IMG/VR virus record: IMGVR_UViG_3300045988_050969 | Origin: a virus | Strand: one strand, 5' to 3' | DNA length: 64,000 nt | In this document: in pieces, positions 57,125-63,593 of the stretch | How positions within the stretch are numbered: position 1 is the first letter of the stretch | Layout: each line of letters begins with the position of its first letter | Program-made: the position numbers and the translations under genes | Notes under the pieces: generated by a model | What the model saw: only the letters and a program-made list of their open reading frames with translations | Databases searched by the model: none | What the model was told of the DNA's origin: nothing

Positions 57125-57553
57125 ATGAAGAAAATAACTTGTATTCAGAATTATGTAATAGATAAGCTTATTGAAGACGAGAAATTATCTACAAATAGTC
57201 TATTAGATGCAATATCCAAAGTATGTTCAAAGGAACAATTTGATAATATACTATCTATTCTTATAGAAACACCTATTCCTTGTACAAATATGCCTGAATT
57301 AGAAAGTAAAACAAGCTTAGTAGGAATAAGCATGTTTATACCTGAAGAAGTTAGTGGTTCTACTAAAATAGAGATAATAAAAATAATAAAAGACCAATTT
57401 GGTCTTCGTCTTGGACAAGCTAAAGAATATGTAGATAGTTGCATAGGGAAATACGGTATGGTTCCTAAGGTTGTTGCACAAGAAGAAGTAGATATTATTA
57501 CCGAAAAATTAAAACCTTACCATGTAAGTGTATCTATAGTAGGATTTTATTAA
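57125..57553 (+). CDS. protein with ribosomal L7/L12 C-terminal-domain-like region (142 aa)
   Basis: KIEIIKIIKDQFGLRLGQAKEYVDS...VAQEEVDIITEKLKPYHVSVSIV parallels bL12 CTD [25 protein letters not shown]...[22 protein letters not shown] (E. coli sequence from memory). Confidence 0.6.
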   Translation: MKKITCIQNYVIDKLIEDEKLSTNSLLDAISKVCSKEQFDNILSILIETPIPCTNMPELESKTSLVGISMFIPEEVSGSTKIEIIKIIKDQFGLRLGQAKEYVDSCIGKYGMVPKVVAQEEVDIITEKLKPYHVSVSIVGFY

Positions 57554-57559
57554 AAGTTA

Positions 57560-57580
57560 ATGCAGTAAATATTACTGCAT
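57560..57580 (+). terminator. perfect 9-bp hairpin after 57125..57553 (terminator or processing site)
   Basis: ATGCAGTAA-ATA-TTACTGCAT, 7 nt after the stop. No T-tract. Confidence 0.4.
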
Positions 57581-57583
57581 CTA

Positions 57584-57790
57584 TACTGTGAGAATCAGTA
57601 TCAACTTTGTGGGGCTTATATTTAGACAATGTATGATAATAGTTGCAAATGTTATTATATAATCTAATATTAGTGCAGATGAAATCAAAGATAGTTCGTA
57701 TTTGCGGTATTGCGGGATACGAACAAGTCAAGTCATTATAAGACTGGGTAGCGTAATACAAAAAATCCTAGCTGACCTGTAGCTAGGTAT
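57584..57790 (+). ncRNA. structured repeat unit a
   Basis: TACTG-TGAGAAT-CAGTA hairpin, TGTGGGGCTTATA box (57608-20), TAGTGCAGATGAAATCAAAG box (57671-90), GTTCGTAT...ATACGAAC helix, and CCTAGCT-GACCTGT-AGCTAGG hairpin. Confidence 0.45.
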
Positions 57791-57794
57791 CTTT

Positions 57795-57990
57795 AAGGTG
57801 AGAATCCTTGACAATCCTGTGGGGCTTATATCTATCAAAAGAACTTACAGCAGCTTTTATATTAGCTTAGCTGGACTTTATGATAGTATTAGTGCAGACG
57901 TTAAAATCAGGAACAACTACATCATTACTAACAATATTATCGGTCACAAGTCTAACGACAATATGATGTAGCCAAGTTTGTTCGTCCTTA
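57795..57990 (+). ncRNA. structured repeat unit b
   Basis: AAGG-TGAGAAT-CCTT hairpin (same loop as unit a, different stem), TGTGGGGCTTATA (57818-30), TAGTGCAGACGTTAAAATCAGG (57890-911), and CTACATCAT...ATGATGTAG 9-bp helix. Confidence 0.45.
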
Positions 57991-58238
57991 GATTTACAGT
58001 ATCAGCCATTTGTTTATTTAATCATTGTTCGTTCTTAATTATACAGATTGATTAATTAAGCATAACAGTAAGCGTACTGTTGTCAGTATATTTATATGTG
58101 AATATAGATATACTGATTGCACTCAAAAGCTGGCCTTCACGTGGCGAGTGTGTTAAGTAATAGGTCTAAAAAATCTTCCAGTTTTACCTATGAAAACTAA
58201 CAGCTACCTTTTTATTAACTTTAATAACTATCAAAAAT

Positions 58239-58424
58239 ATGTATAAAAAACTATCAAATTTAAATGTTGGAGATATATTCCAATATGGAGACACTATATA
58301 TGAAATAGTAGAAAAAGGAGTATGGCATGCAAAATGCAAGTATATTAATGAAACTCCTAAATCGGAATATTCACCTGAATATTTATTTATAAATTTTAGT
58401 CTTTATACTCGAGTTAAAGTTTAA
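58239..58424 (+). CDS. hypothetical small protein (61 aa)
   Basis: Intact track ORF with a TAA stop. Confidence 0.55.
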   Translation: MYKKLSNLNVGDIFQYGDTIYEIVEKGVWHAKCKYINETPKSEYSPEYLFINFSLYTRVKV

Positions 58425-58435
58425 TAATTTTAAAT

Positions 58436-58519
58436 GCCCAGATGTTGAAATAGGTAGACAATCCACACTTAAACTGTGGTGACCATTTGGTCGTGCGGGT
58501 TCGACTCCCGCTCTGGGTA
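58436..58519 (+). tRNA. tRNA-Leu, anticodon UAA (type II, long variable arm)
   Basis: GCCCAGA TG TTGA AATAGGTAG ACAA T CCACA CTTAAAC TGTGG TGACCATTTGGTCGT GCGGG TTCGACT CCCGC TCTGGGT A. Canonical cloverleaf with a 15-nt variable arm. Confidence 0.85.
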
Positions 58520-58551
58520 CAATTAGTAATTAACATTAAAATCAATTTAAT

Positions 58552-58851
58552 ATGAAAGAAGAAAAACTTACAAGATTAAAAATTCTAAGAGTAATGTCAT
58601 ATGATCTCTTACACTTCCTTATGAGGGAAAAAATACTTAGTGTATTTCTAACTGAATGCTTAAACAATAGCTATTCCTGGGTTCTTAAAAACAGAATAGA
58701 ACAAGGAATATTTCAAAATCGAAGTATTACATTACATGATATGTATGAATTTGAAAATTATTTCACATTTAGTGTGTCTACTACTTTTACTGAAAGTGCT
58801 TGGTGGAGATATGCATTTAAATATAGGGAGGAGTATTCATGGAAAGTCTAA
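58552..58851 (+). CDS. hypothetical protein (99 aa)
   Basis: Intact track ORF. Confidence 0.6.
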   Translation: MKEEKLTRLKILRVMSYDLLHFLMREKILSVFLTECLNNSYSWVLKNRIEQGIFQNRSITLHDMYEFENYFTFSVSTTFTESAWWRYAFKYREEYSWKV

Positions 58852-59150
58852 ATAGTATTACTAAATATATAGTAGGTGCTATAATATTTGTATTTATACT
58901 TATGTGGATAGCTGACAAGCTATTTATTGCGCATGTTAATACTGCTACAGAGTTTTTAGATAATTATAAGAATTATATAATAATAAGAAAAGATAAAGGT
59001 ATAAATGATTATATACTTACTATTAAAAATCCTTATACTCAAGATATTAGGTATCGAATTACTAATGTAACTGTTCCTTCTGGATTATGGTATAATTATT
59101 CTATAGGAGATACTATTGGTAAGAAAAAGCAGATATATTTTAATCAATAA
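58839..59150 (+). CDS. hypothetical membrane-anchored protein (103 aa)
   Basis: Intact track ORF with an N-terminal hydrophobic helix. Confidence 0.6.
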   Translation: MESLNSITKYIVGAIIFVFILMWIADKLFIAHVNTATEFLDNYKNYIIIRKDKGINDYILTIKNPYTQDIRYRITNVTVPSGLWYNYSIGDTIGKKKQIYFNQ

Positions 59151-59162
59151 AAGTAAGTAGTT

Positions 59163-59531
59163 ATGAAAAGAGAAGAAATTAAATCTTACAAAGATGCCTG
59201 CAAAGTAATAGGTAGAAAACCTAGAACTTATAAAGATAAGCATCTAAATCTGTATGAACAGCTTAGTACAATTACAGCTGCTCTGAACTTTATTAGTAAT
59301 AATAACAAACCTTGGAAACCTAAGTTTGATTATTATTATATCTATTCTTGGTTATACAGAAAAGATGGATATAATAAATCTGCGGGTTTGTTCTCTTTGG
59401 CTTCTCGCAATGGGTTGGACGATTCCCTTGCTCATGTCGGGACTTCTCTGAAGATAAAAGAAAGAGAGGATGGAAATTACATAATAGAAAACTTTAAAGA
59501 ACTACTCCAAGATTGGTTTTGGGGAAATTAA
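59163..59531 (+). CDS. hypothetical protein (122 aa)
   Basis: Intact track ORF. Confidence 0.6.
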   Translation: MKREEIKSYKDACKVIGRKPRTYKDKHLNLYEQLSTITAALNFISNNNKPWKPKFDYYYIYSWLYRKDGYNKSAGLFSLASRNGLDDSLAHVGTSLKIKEREDGNYIIENFKELLQDWFWGN

Positions 59532-59557
59532 TTACTAATTTTAAAAACATTATCAAA

Positions 59558-60016
59558 ATGGAAAATGAAATGATGGCGAGACCCGAACCGCCAAGAAGAA
59601 CTGTTTGGGTAATAGTAGCAATCATTGCCTTAATAGGCATGTTTGGAGCAATGATTTATGCAGAGCGTGAAAACATTGCTAATTTCTTAAATGGTGTGAA
59701 CCAAGAAGAAGTACAAGAAGATCCTCAAGTTATCATTGAGGAACCTGTAACAACAATACAGGATATTCTCGATATGAGAGAGCAAATGAGAGAAGATAGA
59801 AGAGTTGACAGTGTATTTTTAGCTATGCCAAAGGTAGTATTAATTGATATTTTGATGCAGCATGGTACATCATTGTCTATAAAAGACATGATTTACATAT
59901 ATGAATCAAACACATCAACGTACAACACAGTATTATCTGGAGCAAGAGCTCAAAAATATCTTGATGATTCTATAAAAACTAGTCCCTTACCAACGGTTGT
60001 AAACGACTCTATTTGA
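59558..60016 (+). CDS. hypothetical membrane-anchored protein
   Basis: ATG-initiated part of track ORF 59513..60016 (MENEMMARPEPPRRTVWVIVAIIALIGMFGAMIY...). TGA stop. Confidence 0.6.
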   Translation: MENEMMARPEPPRRTVWVIVAIIALIGMFGAMIYAERENIANFLNGVNQEEVQEDPQVIIEEPVTTIQDILDMREQMREDRRVDSVFLAMPKVVLIDILMQHGTSLSIKDMIYIYESNTSTYNTVLSGARAQKYLDDSIKTSPLPTVVNDSI

Positions 60017-60060
60017 AATTAAAACTAAACCTTCTTTCTGTTTTAAATGAATATTAGAGT

Positions 60061-60400
60061 CTAGTATACTCAGTCTGTGAAGATAGAGTATACGTCCTCA
60101 GAAAATGACAAGCATGTGGGGCGTAAGTATATACAGTAGGTTATCGTTTATCCTCATTTATACAGGTTAATTGCGCAACTGTAAAAAACGGGATTGATAG
60201 AATAGATGGTATATATGATCGTGCGGACGTTAAAATCATGTACTCCAATAAGATTTAGTTTGACAGCTACTTCTGCTTATGAGTTAAAACTATAGTGAGA
60301 GTCATAGTAAGTAACGATTGTGGTCGTTTATCTTTGTCTTATAACAAATGCTATAAACCCAGTAGTTGGCACTAACTTAATTAAATCCTGAGTGCCCAGG
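60061..60400 (+). ncRNA. structured repeat unit c (diverged relative of units a/b)
   Basis: GTATACTC-...TGTGAAGATA-GAGTATAC hairpin, TGTGGGGCGTAAGTATA (60114-30), and CGTGCGGACGTTAAAATCATG (60220-40). No ORF. Confidence 0.4.
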
Positions 60401-60432
60401 CGTCATTATTAATCAATTTAAACGTTTAGATT

Positions 60433-60696
60433 ATGGGAATATTATCAAAATTAACCAGAACAATGCGTATTAGAAAAATACGCAGAGAAGCTAGGCAAAA
60501 AGCTTATGAAGCATTGTGCCTGTCACCATTAAAATACTCTAGAGCAATTGCTGAAATAGATTGTATTATTGATGGTCACAAATGGAGTAGTGAATTTGAT
60601 CCTAAAAAGGAAATAGCTAAAGGCACTACTAAGAGAGCATATTGCAAACATTGTGGAGTATACTATCATACTCACACTTATAAAGAAGATATATGA
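60433..60696 (+). CDS. hypothetical protein (87 aa), C-terminal CxxC
   Basis: Intact track ORF. Confidence 0.6.
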   Translation: MGILSKLTRTMRIRKIRREARQKAYEALCLSPLKYSRAIAEIDCIIDGHKWSSEFDPKKEIAKGTTKRAYCKHCGVYYHTHTYKEDI

Positions 60697-60920
60697 AAAA
60701 ATTAAGTAATGGATACCTAGAGACAAAATTTAAAGTATTCCGTCGTAGTGATGATACTATGGTAGACGAAACAGAAGCTTATATTAAAATAGACTCTATA
60801 GTAGGAATATGTAGAAGTATTAAAAGTAATACTACAGATATAATACTTGCAAGTGGAGATAGGTATACAACTACAGAGAATTTTGAGGATTTCTGCATAG
60901 ATTTTTTTAAAGAAAATTAA
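60693..60920 (+). CDS. hypothetical protein (75 aa)
   Basis: Intact track ORF with an ATGA overlap with the previous gene. Confidence 0.6.
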   Translation: MKKLSNGYLETKFKVFRRSDDTMVDETEAYIKIDSIVGICRSIKSNTTDIILASGDRYTTTENFEDFCIDFFKEN

Positions 60921-60944
60921 TTTTAATCAATAAAACTTAAACAA

Positions 60945-61343
60945 ATGAAACTTTTAATTATTGGATTTAAAGATGGAGTTAATGATGAACTCATCGAAAA
61001 TGGTGTACTTGCTCTTCAAGGTATAATGGGAATAGATGTTAAAGCTACTATCTATACTGAAGATGAATTTCTACCTACTAACAAAAATAAGAAATCTATT
61101 CGTAAGAGCGATTTTATGATTGCTATAGAAAAGATTATTGAGGTATGTGGAGAAGAATCAGATAGTATAGCTTTCCGTAGTTCTTTTTATACTCTTGTCT
61201 TGAAAGGAGTAATAGAGAGACCTATTCTTGAAGTACTATCATATGGTCCTAAAACTAACAGAGATCTTGAATTCCTTTCTAAAAGAAAAGAAATGGAAAA
61301 TATTGTAGAATATGCTCGCGTAGCTTTATCAATGATTTCATAA
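60945..61343 (+). CDS. hypothetical protein (132 aa)
   Basis: Intact track ORF. Confidence 0.6.
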   Translation: MKLLIIGFKDGVNDELIENGVLALQGIMGIDVKATIYTEDEFLPTNKNKKSIRKSDFMIAIEKIIEVCGEESDSIAFRSSFYTLVLKGVIERPILEVLSYGPKTNRDLEFLSKRKEMENIVEYARVALSMIS

Positions 61344-61468
61344 TGGGAAAGACATTCAAAGATAGTAATTATACCATGAAATATGGTAATACTAAAAAAA
61401 CAAGATCACGTAGAGCTAAGTTACAGCCTTATGATCGTAAAGCTAGAGACTATGAGACTGATAAGTAA
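61343..61468 (+). CDS. possible small basic protein (41 aa)
   Basis: TAATG overlap with the previous stop. MGKTFKDSNYTMKYGNTKKTRSRRAKLQPYDRKARDYETDK. Confidence 0.35.
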   Translation: MGKTFKDSNYTMKYGNTKKTRSRRAKLQPYDRKARDYETDK

Positions 61469-61640
61469 TCAAAAACTTAAAGCAACAGTAAATAATCGTT
61501 TAAAGAACGATTGTCCGTTACAATGTAATAAAAAACATTGTGATGTATGTCAATTCAGAAATGACAAATCTGAATCGATTCCAACAGTAACTACTAATAC
61601 TCCTTCGCCAGAGGTATACGGTAGAGATATGTATTATTAA
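61452..61640 (+). CDS. small Cys-containing protein
   Basis: ATG-initiated distal part of track ORF 61383..61640 (MRLISNQKLKATVNNRLKNDCPLQCNKKHCDVCQF...). Confidence 0.45.
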   Translation: MRLISNQKLKATVNNRLKNDCPLQCNKKHCDVCQFRNDKSESIPTVTTNTPSPEVYGRDMYY

Positions 61641-61860
61641 CCCTAAACAAGTTAGTATGGTGCAGTCAACCCAGAACTATTATTATCAACCAGACCCCTA
61701 ATGGAAGCTTAGTAACAACTAAGCTTACTAAGCAAGAGTACAATGGACTATACAACGGTCAACCAGTATCTAATATTGGTTTAAGATGAAGGAAAAGGGT
61801 TGCCTATGAATAAGAGATACGAATAAGTAGGATAGTAGTTCTTTTAAAGAAATTAAAGAA

Positions 61861-62129
61861 ATTGACTGTTAGGTCTATTGAATCGTCGTTTGGACGAGGG
61901 TTCGACTCCCTCATGCTCCACTAATAATAAACTGTATGAAAAATAAAGAAAGAACTTGGCTTGAAGCTATTTTCTATGCTATGTTTGCTGTAGGTATCAC
62001 AGGTACTATAATACTTATAATTGGGGCATTATGGTTTTGACAGCGATATAAGAAGAAATAGAATAGGTCAATAAGCAGATAACTGGCAATACAAGTTATG
62101 TTATGAACTATAGCCGTATTGCGGCGTAA
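61861..62129 (+). ncRNA. tmRNA-like element with permuted (3' half upstream of 5' half) tRNA-like domain
   Basis: 61896-61920 reads GAGGG TTCGACT CCCTC ATGCTCC A, i.e. T arm, 3' acceptor strand and discriminator. 62023-62029 GGGGCAT pairs with 61913-61919 over 7 bp including G3-U70. This is followed by TATGGTTTTGACAGCG. P2-like pairings: 62044-47/61882-85, 62057-62/61874-79, 62067-72/61861-66. A short frame ends ...NYSRIAA-TAA (62127-29). Confidence 0.55.
61936..62040 (+). CDS. possible 34-aa hydrophobic peptide (overlaps the tmRNA-like 5' strand)
   Basis: MKNKERTWLEAIFYAMFAVGITGTIILIIGALWF. This is a competing interpretation of the same sequence. Confidence 0.3.
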   Translation: MKNKERTWLEAIFYAMFAVGITGTIILIIGALWF

Positions 62130-62165
62130 GTTCAAAACGGCTAAGCTAATGTCGTAGAAAGCTGG

Positions 62166-62245
62166 AGTAAGGATAGTACTCAGATGGTAGAGCGGTGAGA
62201 TAATATCAAAAGCTGGTATCGGAGGTTCGAGTCCTCCCCTTACTA
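62166..62245 (+). ncRNA. tRNA-like element (acceptor + D-like + T arm, no canonical anticodon arm)
   Basis: AGTAAGG pairs with CCTTACT (7 bp). CTCAGATGGTAGAG is D-arm-like. GGAGG TTCGAGT CCTCC is a canonical T arm, with discriminator A. The 48-nt interior gives no 5-bp/7-nt anticodon stem-loop in any register I tried. Confidence 0.4.
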
Positions 62246-62262
62246 CAAAAAAGTAAAATAAT

Positions 62263-62433
62263 ATGAAAAAATGTATTGTTAATTTCGACGGAAAGCAATA
62301 TATAGGAGAAATAATTAGAGAAGGTTCTAATGAATACAGAAATGGAACTCTAGTAGACATTAAAATAATTCCTGATTACCTGTATAAAAGTACAATATGG
62401 TTTAGTAAAGAAGAAGTAAAATTACTTGACTAA
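62263..62433 (+). CDS. hypothetical small protein (56 aa)
   Basis: Hand translation MKKCIVNFDGKQYIGEIIREGSNEYRNGTLVDIKIIPDYLYKSTIWFSKEEVKLLD, with a TAA stop. Confidence 0.45.
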   Translation: MKKCIVNFDGKQYIGEIIREGSNEYRNGTLVDIKIIPDYLYKSTIWFSKEEVKLLD

Positions 62434-62444
62434 TTATCAAAATT

Positions 62445-62690
62445 ATGAGAACAATAAAACAAATCAAAGCAACAAAAAGAAATTTTTCTATTTTGTATCT
62501 TACTAGTGTTTTAAAAATGTTAGATCGTATAGAGTCTTGGACTAGAAATTATTCTATAAAACAAGCTATAAACATGACTAGAAACGCTGCTAAATATGCT
62601 ATATTAGAGATAAAAGATACAAATTATGAACATTCTTTTTATGGACCTCAAACAGATGTAAAGTATGAGTGTAAAGAAAGCAATCAATGA
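62445..62690 (+). CDS. hypothetical protein (81 aa)
   Basis: Intact track ORF. Confidence 0.6.
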   Translation: MRTIKQIKATKRNFSILYLTSVLKMLDRIESWTRNYSIKQAINMTRNAAKYAILEIKDTNYEHSFYGPQTDVKYECKESNQ

Positions 62691-62946
62691 TTTAATTCCA
62701 CCTGAGTGGGATTATGTTCTTAGAAAGAACAAAGTTCTAACAAAGTTCATAGATTATATGTATGAATTTTGCGTACCAACTTACTGGAGAAATAACAAGT
62801 ATCATAGAAAAGCAGTTGAAAGAATTCGATTTAAATTCAGTCGAGGAATTCTAGATTGCATTGATGCTATAAATACTCCAGAAGGATATTATTTTTGGAA
62901 GAAAATTGAATTAGAAATAGAAACATATAAAGAGCAAATACGATGA
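62665..62946 (+). CDS. hypothetical protein (93 aa)
   Basis: Intact track ORF. Confidence 0.6.
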   Translation: MSVKKAINDLIPPEWDYVLRKNKVLTKFIDYMYEFCVPTYWRNNKYHRKAVERIRFKFSRGILDCIDAINTPEGYYFWKKIELEIETYKEQIR

Positions 62947-63128
62947 ATAAAATTGAAATCATTCCTTGGGTTAAGTTTAATGATCCAGGAGTAAAACAAG
63001 AAATCGAAAAACTTGCAGAAAAGTCTACATCTAAAATGGATTTTCTTTCAAGAGTAAAAGATCAGTATAATTTATCATTATCTGATGCTAAAATTGTTGC
63101 AGATAAATTCTTTAAAAAGGAGGTATAA
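62943..63128 (+). CDS. hypothetical protein (61 aa)
   Basis: Intact track ORF with an ATGA overlap. Confidence 0.55.
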   Translation: MNKIEIIPWVKFNDPGVKQEIEKLAEKSTSKMDFLSRVKDQYNLSLSDAKIVADKFFKKEV

Positions 63129-63587
63129 ATGTTAGAACTTAAAAGAGCTGGCTTGTATATAGCCAATGGAAAGAACACAAGTGTTTTAGTAAGAGTTGCT
63201 GGTGAATATCCTTATTTACGAGTAATTAGTGGCGTTCTATTGAACGATATGGAGAAAGATGGTACAGTTACTGTCTTAAAAGAAGATGATCCTGAATTGC
63301 AGGATATAGTATGTAATCCAAAGAACTATATCTTTGATCTTCCATCTGTAAGTAGTTCTATTAAGAATGAAAACGGATTAAAGACTACTGAGAAAAAGTC
63401 TATTGAGTTTACAAATGAGCAATTTGATGAATGGGTTAATAAATATATTAGCTTCACTAAAATGTATCCAGAACAGTACAATGTCAAAGCTCAAGTAATG
63501 ATTATTAGTGCAGGATTTAGCATATCTCAAGCTGATCTTATCATTCAACAAATTCAAACAAGACTTCGTTTACGTGGTATTATGTAA
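63129..63587 (+). CDS. hypothetical protein (152 aa)
   Basis: Intact track ORF. Its start abuts the previous stop. Confidence 0.6.
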   Translation: MLELKRAGLYIANGKNTSVLVRVAGEYPYLRVISGVLLNDMEKDGTVTVLKEDDPELQDIVCNPKNYIFDLPSVSSSIKNENGLKTTEKKSIEFTNEQFDEWVNKYISFTKMYPEQYNVKAQVMIISAGFSISQADLIIQQIQTRLRLRGIM

Positions 63588-63593
63588 AGTATT

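Noticed and set aside
55858-57761. Minus-strand ORFs 55858..56064, 56507..56722, 57151..57444 and 57534..57761, and 61974..62360
   Set aside because: They overlap structured non-coding blocks or the opposite-strand genes/tRNA-like elements. They have odd composition and no start context.
61896-61920. tmRNA 3' fragment as a simple attP remnant of integration into host ssrA
   Set aside because: This is not fully excluded. However, a perfectly complementary 5' acceptor strand with G3-U70 and a tmRNA-like 5' motif lies 100 nt downstream, P2-like pairings exist, and no integrase is visible in this window.
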